A DNA stretch of 64,000 nucleotides from an uncultured Gemmatimonadales bacterium (GTDB lineage: Bacteria; Gemmatimonadota; Gemmatimonadetes; Gemmatimonadales; GWC2-71-9). The notes under the pieces were generated by a model, which worked only from the letters and a program-made list of their open reading frames with translations, was not told the origin of the DNA and made no database searches. Location: assembly GCA_963798915.1 (NCBI GenBank), contig CAWCVB010000014.1:1-64000 (forward strand). Direction: 5' to 3'. The first letter of the stretch is position 1; the number at the start of each line of letters is the position of its first letter. Below are positions 1 through 12,627 of the stretch, piece after piece. The translations under genes were made by a program, and so were the position numbers.

Positions 1-192
1 CTTTGTACGTCTACGCCTTGGTACCATTACGTATTGCTACACAGAAACGCCCGGACGACAATTGCCGCCGGGCTGGTTGCGTTTTAGCACTTTGTTTAAC
101 GTGGCGGCAATAGGCAGCAAATGACCACGAGTCGTCGATTGTGCCAACAGACTACCAGTTCACTTAAAGTTTGTCAACCACGAGCACAACCA

Positions 193-274
193 TGCGAACG
201 CCGGGAGTCGAACCCGGACCCCTTGCCGGACAGGATCCTAAGTCCTGCGCGTCTGCCAGTTCCGCCACGTTCGC
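193..274 (-). tRNA. tRNA-Leu (anticodon TAG), long variable arm, CCA not encoded
   Basis: Minus strand reads GCGAACGTGGCGGAACTGGCAGACGCGCAGGACTTAGGATCCTG...GGTTCGACTCCCGGCGTTCGCA: acceptor stem GCGAACG/CGTTCGC, D loop, anticodon loop CT-TAG-GA, T loop GTTCGA. Confidence 0.96.
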
Positions 275-377
275 GCGACGCATGATAATGCCCTCCGGAG
301 GAACCCGTCCAAGCTGAGCATCCCTCCGCGCTATTGCATCGGCCGTCCCGCCTGACATGGCCGTCCTGCCCGTCCTG

Positions 378-1317
<940 letters not shown>

Positions 1318-1321
<4 letters not shown>

Positions 1322-1629
1322 TCGGGCTGGGCTTTGATGGTACCGGATTGGACGACGTCGACCGCGTACCCTTCAATCGAGTCAGGCAACGCGCGCCTCA
1401 CGCTGTCGGTCAACTCGACCACCATGACATAGACGGTGGGCTTGCCGTCGCGCTCACCTTGACCCACGCCGGCAACACCGGGCAGGGCCATGAGCGAGTC
1501 GGTGTGACGCTTGAGGACGTCAGTTATGGAAGGCATGCTGCGCCTCTCGACAGCACCGCCTGCCGGCGCGGATGGCCGGCAGGCGGTGAAAATCGTAAAA
1601 AGAAAGAGAAAGGCGAGTGACCGAGTCAA
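1318..1629 (-). CDS. Small lipoprotein resembling the N-terminal domain of the neighbouring protease
   Basis: Lipobox-like FTAC; LMALPGVAGVGQG...LPDSIEGYAVDVVQSGTIKA; 4-nt overlaps with both neighbours. Confidence 0.75.
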
Positions 1630-2738
1630 TTACCGTCGATGCTTATGCCCAGTGCTGAGAGCACCGCCCCGATCGGGTTGCCGATGGTCGTGCGTCGGCT
1701 GCCGGCGAATAGCAGGGCCACCGGACGGTTGGTGCCGTCATCGGTGACGATCAGCGAGCCAGAGTCGCCCGAATCGCTGAAACTGCCATGGGTGACCGAG
1801 CTGATCACTACCTGATCGATGAACCTGGCAGTCCCGGCGTCGTAACCGACGTTGATCGTGGCATTCACGGCACTCACCTGGCCATGGGTGCAGCCGGTGG
1901 TGCGTCCGCACTTCTGCACCAGCATGCCGATGCTGGCCGACGTGATGGTGCTGCTGGGCGTTCCATAGCCACCGCTGTAGGTCGACCGGCCGGCATCCGC
2001 TGTCGTGGTGCTGGCAATGGCCGCATCCACGGTGTTATTTCCACTAAAGTCGATGTGGATGAACTGGCTCAGATGACCCACGACCAGGCTGTCGGGACGG
2101 TCGCAATTGGTGTCGTAGTCGCCCGGTTGCTGGACCTTCTCACCTATCGACGCCTCGTTTTCCCGCGCCAGCACGTGGTTGTTGCTCAGGATGTAGTATT
2201 TGCCGCCCTTCGTCACGCGGGCCCCATACGTGCCGGCCACGCAGAACTGGGGATCTTCCGCATTGGCAATCGAAACGCCAAGGGGAATGGGACGCGCAAA
2301 GTAGCCTGTCGGATCCACACCACCACCGCCGCCCCCACCGTGGCCGCCGCCGTGGCCGTTGCCCGGCTGCGGCTTGACGCCCTTGGGAAGCCCGGCCGTG
2401 AACGGCCCCGTAGGCATCAGCTTGACGGCGACGCCGTCGAGTTTGCTGGGCAGGCCACCCACGGCGCCATTGGCGGTCATGATGACCACGGTCGCCTGGC
2501 CCTTGTCAGTGAGCCCGACGCCGATGCCTTCGACGCCGGACTTGGCCATGATCTGGTTCTCATACTTGGCCTGGGCAGCGATGGCCGCCCGAAGGTCCGG
2601 GCCCTGCTGGCCGCCGCGCGCCAGGGATGGCGTATCGCTGCTGGGGCTGGTGCCGTCGCTGCAGGCGGCGACAAGGGCCATTGCGAAGACGAGACCGATG
2701 CGCAGGGGCCTGCCACCGGCTGAATGGAACAGTCTCAT
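1626..2738 (-). CDS. Lipoprotein trypsin-like (S1, NAL1-like) serine protease
   Basis: Lipobox VAAC; triad motifs LSNNHVLA, VDAAIA, GDSGSLI; GAGG RBS upstream of the ATG at 2738. Confidence 0.85.
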   Translation of the reverse strand: MRLFHSAGGRPLRIGLVFAMALVAACSDGTSPSSDTPSLARGGQQGPDLRAAIAAQAKYENQIMAKSGVEGIGVGLTDKGQATVVIMTANGAVGGLPSKLDGVAVKLMPTGPFTAGLPKGVKPQPGNGHGGGHGGGGGGGVDPTGYFARPIPLGVSIANAEDPQFCVAGTYGARVTKGGKYYILSNNHVLARENEASIGEKVQQPGDYDTNCDRPDSLVVGHLSQFIHIDFSGNNTVDAAIASTTTADAGRSTYSGGYGTPSSTITSASIGMLVQKCGRTTGCTHGQVSAVNATINVGYDAGTARFIDQVVISSVTHGSFSDSGDSGSLIVTDDGTNRPVALLFAGSRRTTIGNPIGAVLSALGISIDGN

Positions 2739-2838
2739 GTGCTGCACCTCTCGCGTTGTGGTGCTCGGATGCTGCCCGGCCGGGCAGCCTGGCTGGGTTT
2801 TCCACGATAGCAATCGGTACAGCGGGGCGCCAGAGGGG

Positions 2839-2882
2839 GCACACCTGCAGGGGCGGCTCGCGAGCCGCCCCTGCAGGTGTGC
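2839..2882. repeat. 44-bp perfect palindrome, REP-like (GTAG-type variant)
   Basis: GCACACCTGCAGGGGCGGCTCG|CGAGCCGCCCCTGCAGGTGTGC immediately after the htrA stop. Confidence 0.85.
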
Positions 2883-2883
2883 G

Positions 2884-4465
2884 CTACTTCTCCGCCAGCC
2901 GGACCCGGACGATGAAGTCTCCGCCCCGGGTGCGGTAGAGGTGAAGCGTCACAATCTTGCCGGGGCCTGCGTCCTTGAGCGCCGCGGCGAGATCTGCCTC
3001 GCTCTTGACCGTCTTGTCCTCGACGCCGGTGATGATATCGGCGAAGGAATGCTGGACATCGGGACTGATCAACTGGCCTTCCCACGCCGGGCCGCCTGGC
3101 GTCACCTCGGTGATCAGCGCGCCGCGGACGCCGTCAGGAAGCCCGAGCTGGGACGCCATTTCGCTGGTCACGGTCTGGACCCGGGCGCCGAGCAGTGACT
3201 GGGTGGCACCCGCCGGCTGGGGCACCTTCTGAATCAGGCGCTTCATTGCCGGATTCGTCGTCTCCGTTTGCCGCCACCGTTTCGAGTGCGTTCAGCTTGA
3301 CCGTCACGACCTTGCGGATGCCGCCCTTCCGCGCCACCTCGATCTTGACCTGGTCGCCGGGCTTCCGGAAGCCGATCTCCTGCTGCAGTTGTCCGGTCCG
3401 GAACATGGGCCGTCCGTCCACCGAGAGGATGACATCGCCCACCTTGAGGCCGGCCTTGGCCGCTGGTGACCCGGGATCGGTGATGCTCTTGATGGTCACG
3501 CCACGGATCTGGTCCAGCCCCACGTATTCCGCATCCAGCCGGCTCGCGTCCTCGATGCTGACGCCAATGGCGGCGCGGTGCACTTCACCGGTCTCGATCA
3601 GCTGGTCCATGACCTGCTTGACCAGATTGATGGGAATGGCAAAGCCGTAGCCGGAGTAGTACCCGGTCTCGCTGGCGATGGCCGAGTTGATGCCGATGGC
3701 CTCACCCTGGACGTTGACCAGCGGCCCGCCCGAGTTGCCGGGATTGATCGCAGCGTCAGTCTGGATGAAGTCCGAGATGCTCAGGTTGGATTGATTGAGC
3801 CCCTGGAGCCGCCGGCCCTTGGCGCTGACGATGCCGCTGGTGACCGAGAAGGTCAGCTTGTCACCCAGCGGATTGCCGATGGCCAGGACCCACTCGCCCA
3901 CCCGCTCATTGTCGCTGTTGCCCAGGGCAATGGGCTTGAGGTCCTTGGCGTCGATCTTGAGCACCGCCACGTCGGTGTTGGCGTCGGTGCCGACCACTTT
4001 GGCGACGAACTCGCGCTCATCCTGCAGCCGCACGGTCACCTTGTCGGCGCCGGCCACGACATGATTGTTCGTGACGATGTATCCGTCTGCTGAGACGATG
4101 AATCCCGAGCCGGTGCCCTGTTCCAGGCGCGGCCCGCTATCAGTCGGGAAGTTGAAGAAGCGCCGGAATTCCCGCGGCACCTGCGGACCCCGGACCATTT
4201 CCGTGTGCTGCGACCTGACGTAGACAACACTGGGCACGACGGCCTGGGCCACCGCGGCAAACGCGTTGCTCAGGTCGGCGAGCGGCCGGGCTTCCGGGAT
4301 GGACGGCGGTGCGACCGGAGTAATCGCTCCGGCGCTCGCCTGCGCCAGCTCCTGGGCGGATCCCCGGGTGGGAAGGTCGAGCAGCCCGGCAAACAGCAAT
4401 CCGAGCGCAAAGGCGAGCGCCACCAGCCCGCCGAATTTCAGCCAGTTCTGTGATCGTACGGACAT
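2884..4465 (-). CDS. HtrA/DegP/DegQ protease with two PDZ domains, frameshifted near 3210
   Basis: TNNHVV, TDVAVLKI, IQTDAAINPGNSGGPL and PDZ1 in 3134-4465; PDZ2 continues in ORF 2884-3246. Confidence 0.9.
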
Positions 4466-4572
4466 GCGTCAGCCACCTGTTCCTGCGGCGAAGGTGAAAG
4501 GTCACGCCCCGCGAGGGGGACTTTCAATTTAATGGGGATGCGCGCCTGCCGTTTCGCGTCGCATCCGTGCCA

Positions 4573-6237
4573 TTACGGAGTCGAGTCGTTGAGTCCCAGT
4601 ACCCGGACGCCCTGATCGAACACGATATCCACCGGGATGCCGGCAGAGGTGAGCCGGTCCAGGTCGCCCTGAAGCCGGGGGCCAATCGCTCCATAGGTCT
4701 TCATGTACTGTTTGACGCCCTCGTAATCTCCGTTGCCCTGGAGGCGAAGGATCGTGGCCGAGAGCGAGTCGGTGGCGAGCCGCATGCGATCGGGATTGAC
4801 CCGATAGGTTCCGCTCGCCGAATCGCGGGTAAACGCACCCAGCTCCTGGTAGAAGTTGAAGCGCGCGATGTTGGCCCGCCCGTGCGCGTCGGCACCCCCA
4901 AAGCGGACTGAGCGAAAGATGCTGGCCAGGAAAGTCACATAATTGTCAAGCAGCTTCGCGTCGGGCAGTTCGCCCATCGAATCAAGGGCGGTAATCATGT
5001 AGAGCCCCAGCACGTCCGCCTTGCCCTCTTCCAGCGCGCCGGCCTGTTCCTTCAGCGCCGCACGCACCGTGCCGGAATGATTGATCGTGTTCTTGATGCC
5101 GAGTCCATGCGCCACTTCGTGGAACATGGTGTTCTGGAAGAACGCGTTGAAGGAAATATTGCCCTGCTGGTCCGCGCTGATCAGCTTGTTGGCGATCGGC
5201 ATCAGGATGCGGTCAAACTTGGCGCGCATCGCGTTCTTGAGCTGGAGCCTGCGCGTCCCCTTTTCCAGCTGGACCTGCTCGTCGTTCGGCAGGTTGATCG
5301 CGATGGTCTTGGCACCGGCATTGGCCTGCCCGGCGTAGAAGACGGCGTCGTACGCATTCAGGTCCGAATCGGTGCCCGGCTTCTCCCGGTGGTATTCTGG
5401 CTCGACCGGCAGGCCGCGTTGAAGCCGCGGCAGGAGTGCGGCGTAGCGCGCAAGGCGCCGGCTCCAGTCGCGATCCTTGAGGAGAACGTAGGCCTCATGG
5501 GCCGCCTTGTAGCCGAAGAGCGCGTCCTCATAGGTCTCGATCGGGCCGATGACGAGGTCAATCGCATTGTCCTTCATGTCGAGCCAGGCCATGTCACTGG
5601 CGCGATAGTCGTCGTGCTCGAGCGCGTCGGCCCGGAGCCGGAGGTAGCGCTTCAGCCCGGGATCCTGCGCCAGCTGGGCCGACTGCCGGAGCAGGGCCGC
5701 CGCTCGCGCGGTCGGCGCTGCATAGGCCTCATGGTAAGGCACCGTCTCGAGCCCGCCGCTGGAATCCCGCCGGACCAGGGTGTAGAGGCCGCGGAGGGCG
5801 GCACCATGATCATTGGCGCGGCGTGCAGCGCTGTCGAATTCGGCCTTGGTCATGTCCGGCGGATAGAAGCGCGCCCCGTCGGGCTTTGGCCCGACCCCCG
5901 GCATCAATGGACGATTCTCGTCGAGACGATTCCAGGGACCGTAGTTGATCTCGGTGAGGCGGCGGAGCGACGGATCCTGGACGGCGCCCAGGACGCTGTC
6001 AGCAGGCCCCGCCGTTTGCAGCCAGTAGATGCTGTCCATCTGCTCGGCCGCAGCGATGAGCAGGGGAATCATCTGGCGCTGGCTGTCGGAGAGCTGCGAA
6101 AGGTCGGCGGTGAGCGGCACCGTGTCGTACTGCGCGAGCAGGCTGTCCGAGGTGGTCATGGGCGCGGCGGCCTGCTTGTCGCTGGACGAGCAGGCCGCCG
6201 TCCCGGCGAGCAGCAGGGCGGCGGCGATACGGCGCAT
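4573..6237 (-). CDS. Peptidase M49 (dipeptidyl-peptidase III-like) zinc hydrolase lipoprotein
   Basis: Lipobox TAAC; KTIAINLPND, HEVAHGLG, LEEGKAD motifs. Confidence 0.85.
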   Translation of the reverse strand: MRRIAAALLLAGTAACSSSDKQAAAPMTTSDSLLAQYDTVPLTADLSQLSDSQRQMIPLLIAAAEQMDSIYWLQTAGPADSVLGAVQDPSLRRLTEINYGPWNRLDENRPLMPGVGPKPDGARFYPPDMTKAEFDSAARRANDHGAALRGLYTLVRRDSSGGLETVPYHEAYAAPTARAAALLRQSAQLAQDPGLKRYLRLRADALEHDDYRASDMAWLDMKDNAIDLVIGPIETYEDALFGYKAAHEAYVLLKDRDWSRRLARYAALLPRLQRGLPVEPEYHREKPGTDSDLNAYDAVFYAGQANAGAKTIAINLPNDEQVQLEKGTRRLQLKNAMRAKFDRILMPIANKLISADQQGNISFNAFFQNTMFHEVAHGLGIKNTINHSGTVRAALKEQAGALEEGKADVLGLYMITALDSMGELPDAKLLDNYVTFLASIFRSVRFGGADAHGRANIARFNFYQELGAFTRDSASGTYRVNPDRMRLATDSLSATILRLQGNGDYEGVKQYMKTYGAIGPRLQGDLDRLTSAGIPVDIVFDQGVRVLGLNDSTP

Positions 6238-6266
6238 GGAGGCTCCGGGGCTGGGGCGGGTGCCAA

Positions 6267-6482
6267 GGGCGGTCTGAGACCGCCCCGATGATCTGACTCG
6301 CTCGGTTGAGGCTGGGGGCGGTCTGAGACCGCCCCGGTGATCTGACTCGCCCGGTTGAGGCTGGGGGCGGTCTGAGACCGCCCCGGTGATCTGACTCGCC
6401 CGGTTGAGGCTGGGGGCGGTCTGAGACCGCCCCGGTGATCTGACTCGCCCGGTTGAGGCTGGGGGCGGTCTGAGACCGCCCC
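6267..6482. repeat. Tandem array of 49-bp units carrying five GGGGCGGTCTGAGACCGCCCC palindromes
   Basis: Exact 49-bp period; four near-identical linkers (GGTGATCTGACTCGCCCGGTTGAGGCTG); abuts the dnaK stop. Confidence 0.95.
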
Positions 6483-8447
<1,965 letters not shown>

Positions 8448-8526
8448 TCATCGGTCCTCAGTCGTCGAGGATTGCTGACGACGGGTGACCAAAGACTGAA
8501 GACTGATGACCGACGACCCTTTGCAG

Positions 8527-8576
8527 GCAACCACCATACCGTATATATCTGCCACTTTGGCAGGGAAATGGCAGTC
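8527..8576 (-). promoter_or_regulatory. Candidate sigma-54 promoter and CTGCCA/TGGCAG operator upstream of dnaK
   Basis: Minus strand GACTGCCATTTCCCTGCCAAAGTGGCAG...CGGTATGGTGGTTGC (GG-N10-GC). Confidence 0.5.
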
Positions 8577-8886
8577 AGGGCCATGCCTGTCGCTGGTTCC
8601 AGACCTCGCGCGACGCCGTTGCCCTGCCACCGAAGCGCCGCGTGAACTCTTCCCGGAGGCCGGGCGCATGCTCGGCGAGATATCGCTCCAGGTTGGCACG
8701 AGAGGCCATCAGGTATCGGGTTCGAAAGGTGGTGGCGTCCAGCGCGGCGAAATCGGCGGCCGTGAAGAGGCCTGTGGCCAGCACGTCGGGGATGTGTTCC
8801 TGGCGCATCCAGTCCGCAAACTCGTCGCCGGTCTCCGGATCGTGGAGGCGGACGGTGACTTCGTAGGAGACGAGGTTGGCGGGCAT
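8575..8886 (-). CDS. DUF4286-like small protein
   Basis: YEVTV...WMRQEHIPDVLATGLF...LERYLAEHAPGLREE pattern; 103 aa. Confidence 0.75.
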   Translation of the reverse strand: MPANLVSYEVTVRLHDPETGDEFADWMRQEHIPDVLATGLFTAADFAALDATTFRTRYLMASRANLERYLAEHAPGLREEFTRRFGGRATASREVWNQRQAWP

Positions 8887-8900
8887 GGATGGATTGTAAT

Positions 8901-9044
8901 GGGTCGCGGGTCGCGGGTCGCGGGTCCCTGGTCGCGGGGAACGCTGGGCTGTCTCTCCGTCTCGCCGTCTCGCCGCCGCGCAGTCGCGCCGTCGAGCCGC
9001 CCATCCAGCCCATCTAGCCCATCCAGCCCGTCCCGCCCATCTTG
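8901..9044. repeat. Stacked short tandem repeats of period 7, 8 and 9
   Basis: (GGGTCGC)x5, (CCGTCTCG-like)x6, (CCCATCCAG-like)x5, degenerate copies included. Confidence 0.85.
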
Positions 9045-9072
9045 CACCCATTCATCCCGAACGGAGCCACCG

Positions 9073-10899
9073 ATGCTGTTGCTGTTGCTCGCCACGATGC
9101 AGGCGGACACGGTTCGCTACGACATCCGCTTTCCCAGTGCGGTCCATCACGAAGCCGAGGTTACGGTCACCTTTCCGGCCACCAGCGCGGATACGCTTGC
9201 CGTCTGGATGAGCCGCTCGTCTCCCGGCCGCTACGCGCTGCACGAGTTCGCCAAGAATGTCTATTCGGTGCGAGCGGAGGACCTGACGGGGGAAGCGCTC
9301 TCCGTGGTGCAGCCGGATCCCTATCACTGGCTGGTCGTGTCCGGGCGTGGCCCCGTGGTCTTTCACTACACCCTGTTCGGGGACCGGGCCGACGGAACCT
9401 ACAGCGCGATCGATCCGTCGCATGCCCACCTCAACATGCCGGCGACCTTCGCCTTTGCGCCGACGCTTGCGTCGGCACCCATCGCGGCCCGGTTCAACCC
9501 GCCACCGGGCAGCCACTGGCGGATTGCGACCCAGCTCCTGCCAGGTGGCGACAGCACGCGCTACCTCGCCCCCGACCTGCAGTACTTCATGGACAGCCCC
9601 ACTGAACTGTCCGATTTCACCCTTCGCTCCTGGACGGTGCCCAACCCGGCCGGCGGCAGCTACACCATGCGCCTGGCGCTCCACCACCAGGGAACCGACG
9701 CCGAGGCCGATGCGTATGTCGAGCGCATCAAGAGGGTCGTCGGGGAGGAAATCGGGGTTTTTGGTGAGCCGGCTCCCTATGACGGCGGGACGTATACGTT
9801 CATCGCGGACTACCTGCCATGGGCGTCCGGTGACGGCATGGAGCACCGCAATTCCACGATTATTTCCAGCAGCAGCAGCCTGGCGCAGAATCCCATGGGG
9901 CTGCTGAGCACGATGTCGCACGAATTCTTCCACTCCTGGAACATGGAACGGATCCGTTCGGCCCAGATCGAGCCGTTCGACCTGCTTCACTCCGACCCGA
10001 GCGACGCTCTCTGGTTCGGCGAAGGGTTCACCAACTATTTCGACGCGCTGTTCATTCGACGGGCGGGCCTGTCGGACGACGAGACGTACCTGGGCCGACT
10101 TGCGGGGCAGGTGGATGCGCTGGTGCACACCCCGGCGCGGCGCTATCGCACCCCGATGGGCGCCAGTCTGGAAGCACCCTTCGTCGACGCCGCCACCTCG
10201 ATCGATCCCAACAATTTCGGCAACACCTTCCTCTCGTACTACACCTGGGGCGCCGCCTTGGCGACCGGGCTCGACCTCACGCTGCGAGGCCGCTATCCCG
10301 GCAAGTCGCTCGACGGTTTCATGCGCCTCATGTGGCGCCGGTTCGGCCGCAATGAGCGGCCCTTCGTGATCAGGCAACCCTACACGGTGGACGATATCCA
10401 GCGTACCCTCGGCGAATACGTGGGCGACCCGGCGTTCGCGGCCGACTTCTTCCGCCGCTATGTGCACGGCAGCGACGCCCCGGATTTTGCGGTGCTGCTG
10501 GCGCAGGCCGGTGTCCTGCTGCGACAGGCCCATCCGAACGAGGCCTGGCTGGGCCAGCCACGCATGCGGTATGACAGCGCCGGAGCCGAAGTCATGAGCT
10601 CGTCCATGCTCGGCACTCCGCTGTACCAGGCCGGCGTCGATCGTGGCGACCGCATTCGCAGCATCGGCGGCGTTGCGATTACGTCGGACAGTGCCTGGGA
10701 TGCAGCCGGAGCTGCCCACCGGCCTGGCGACACCGTGCCGATCGTGTTCGACCAGCTGGGCGTTACCCGGCACGGCCACATCACCTTCGCGGCAGATCCC
10801 CGGCTCGAGGCGGTGACGTTCGAATCGGTGGGCCAGACGCTGACTGATGCCGAACGGGCATTCCGGGCCAGCTGGCTGGGGAGCAAGGCGGGGAAATGA
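9073..10899 (+). CDS. M61 glycyl aminopeptidase family protein with C-terminal PDZ
   Basis: DGMEHRNS, HEFFHSWN, LWFGEGFTNY, SYYTWG; GGAG RBS before ATG 9073. Confidence 0.9.
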   Translation: MLLLLLATMQADTVRYDIRFPSAVHHEAEVTVTFPATSADTLAVWMSRSSPGRYALHEFAKNVYSVRAEDLTGEALSVVQPDPYHWLVVSGRGPVVFHYTLFGDRADGTYSAIDPSHAHLNMPATFAFAPTLASAPIAARFNPPPGSHWRIATQLLPGGDSTRYLAPDLQYFMDSPTELSDFTLRSWTVPNPAGGSYTMRLALHHQGTDAEADAYVERIKRVVGEEIGVFGEPAPYDGGTYTFIADYLPWASGDGMEHRNSTIISSSSSLAQNPMGLLSTMSHEFFHSWNMERIRSAQIEPFDLLHSDPSDALWFGEGFTNYFDALFIRRAGLSDDETYLGRLAGQVDALVHTPARRYRTPMGASLEAPFVDAATSIDPNNFGNTFLSYYTWGAALATGLDLTLRGRYPGKSLDGFMRLMWRRFGRNERPFVIRQPYTVDDIQRTLGEYVGDPAFAADFFRRYVHGSDAPDFAVLLAQAGVLLRQAHPNEAWLGQPRMRYDSAGAEVMSSSMLGTPLYQAGVDRGDRIRSIGGVAITSDSAWDAAGAAHRPGDTVPIVFDQLGVTRHGHITFAADPRLEAVTFESVGQTLTDAERAFRASWLGSKAGK

Positions 10900-10984
10900 T
10901 GGTCGTCGCTCGTCGAGGGTCGAGGGTCGAGCGAATCGGGCCGATCGTCGATTCACTGTTCGCCTGTGATCAAGGAGCCTGGGC

Positions 10985-12538
10985 ATGAACCAGAAATACC
11001 GTATGGTCGGCTGGCTGTTCCTGCTCGGCCTGTCGCCTTCTGTTCTCTTGGCCCAGCGTGAGTCCCAAAGCGCAAAGCCGGATTCTGCTGCAGCGCATAC
11101 GACCGCCGCCGATTCGCTCAAGCTGGCAGAGATCGCCAGCCGGCCCGCCGTCATCACGCATCACAGCATGCAGCTGAACGGGAAGCGCCTCGACTACACA
11201 GCGACGACGGGCATGCTGGCGATCCGGGATGAGAAGACTGGTGCCTCCGAGGGGTACATGTTCTTCGTGGCATACACCCAGGATGGCGCGCCGGAGCGCG
11301 GCAAGCGGCCCATCACCTTTGTGTTCAATGGTGGGCCGGGGTCCTCCACGGTGTGGCTGCACATGGGGGCGTTCGGGCCCAGGCGAGTCAAGCTGCTGCC
11401 GAGCGGCGAGGCACCCCCGCCGCCCTACTCCTATGAAGACAATCCCTACACCCTGCTGGACCAGAGCGACCTGGTTTTTCTCGACCCGGTCGGCACCGGC
11501 TACAGCAGGCCGGCCAATCCGAAGCTCGGATCGAAGTTCTGGGGGGTCAACGAGGACATTGCGTCGGTTGGTGAATTCATCCGATCGTATCTCACGACCT
11601 ACGAACGGTGGGCCTCACCCAAGTTCCTCGCCGGTGAGAGCTACGGCACCACGCGTGCCGCTGGCCTGACGGGATACCTCGCGGATCAGGGCATCGCCTT
11701 CAACGGCATCACCCTGATCTCGACGATTCTCGACTTCGGTCTCGATGAGGGTGACAACGCGGCCATCTATTACCTCCCGTCCTACGCCGCGATTGCGTGG
11801 TACCATAAGCGACTCCCGCCGGATCTGCAGGCGATGACATTGGCGCAGGTCACCGACAGGGCCGAGCGCTGGGCGGGAACCTCGTACCGGCTCGCCCTGG
11901 CCAGAGGCTACGAGCTGAACGACGCGGAGCGGCGGGTCGTGGTGGATACGCTGGCCCGATTTACCGGACTGTCCCCGACCATCGTGGACCAGAACAACCT
12001 GCGGATTTCGCTGGGGCTGTTTGACACCGAACTGCTGCGGGAGCAACGGTTGACGGTGGGCCGTCTCGACGGTCGCTTCACCGCCTTCAGCATGAACAAC
12101 GCCTCACAGCGGCCGGCGTTTGACCCCAGCATGTCGAATATTCGTCTCTCCTACACTCCCGTGCTGAATGATTACGTGCGGCGCGAGCTCAACTATCACG
12201 ACGATATGCGGTACTACATCCTGGGCGGCGGGGTGGATCGTTGGAGCCCGCAGCACGAAGGCGGCCCCACGGACGTGACCCCGTCCCTGGAAGCCGCCTA
12301 TGCCCAGAACCCGCACATGAAACTCTTCGTGGCGATGGGCTATTACGACACGGCGACGCCCTACTATGCGGTGGAATACACCTTGTCGCATCTGGCGATC
12401 GGGCCCCAGGCACGCAGCAACATTACGACTGCCTACTACGCTGCCGGCCACATGATGTACATCGATGACGCTTCCATGAAACAATTCCGGGCGGACCTGG
12501 GGACCTGGATGGGTGGGGCGCTGAGCGCCCAGCGCTGA
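10985..12538 (+). CDS. Secreted S10 serine carboxypeptidase
   Basis: FNGGPGSS, DPVGTGYS, GESYG, AGHMMY; signal peptide; AAGGAG RBS. Confidence 0.92.
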   Translation: MNQKYRMVGWLFLLGLSPSVLLAQRESQSAKPDSAAAHTTAADSLKLAEIASRPAVITHHSMQLNGKRLDYTATTGMLAIRDEKTGASEGYMFFVAYTQDGAPERGKRPITFVFNGGPGSSTVWLHMGAFGPRRVKLLPSGEAPPPPYSYEDNPYTLLDQSDLVFLDPVGTGYSRPANPKLGSKFWGVNEDIASVGEFIRSYLTTYERWASPKFLAGESYGTTRAAGLTGYLADQGIAFNGITLISTILDFGLDEGDNAAIYYLPSYAAIAWYHKRLPPDLQAMTLAQVTDRAERWAGTSYRLALARGYELNDAERRVVVDTLARFTGLSPTIVDQNNLRISLGLFDTELLREQRLTVGRLDGRFTAFSMNNASQRPAFDPSMSNIRLSYTPVLNDYVRRELNYHDDMRYYILGGGVDRWSPQHEGGPTDVTPSLEAAYAQNPHMKLFVAMGYYDTATPYYAVEYTLSHLAIGPQARSNITTAYYAAGHMMYIDDASMKQFRADLGTWMGGALSAQR

Positions 12539-12627
12539 ACCGCCGTAACGTCATCGCACGGGCCAGCCGCCGGCGGGATCGCCCTCCAGGCGGCCCGCCG
12601 ACAGCGGACCACCCGTGATGCGCTGAC

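Noticed and set aside
2884..3246. Standalone PDZ gene or programmed frameshift in htrA
   Set aside because: It is the second PDZ domain of HtrA; no clear slippery site, and other indels in the window point to error.
6267..6482. CRISPR array
   Set aside because: Spacers are near-identical and no cas gene or leader is visible; it is a tandem repeat.
8506..9072. Long N-terminal extension of the M61 peptidase (likewise ffh from 57445, rhomboid from 16509, ALDH from 18496)
   Set aside because: Extensions translate repeats or neighbouring genes; downstream ATGs fit the family N-termini.
9052..11157. 701-aa minus-strand ORF
   Set aside because: Antisense to the M61 peptidase; no recognisable motifs.
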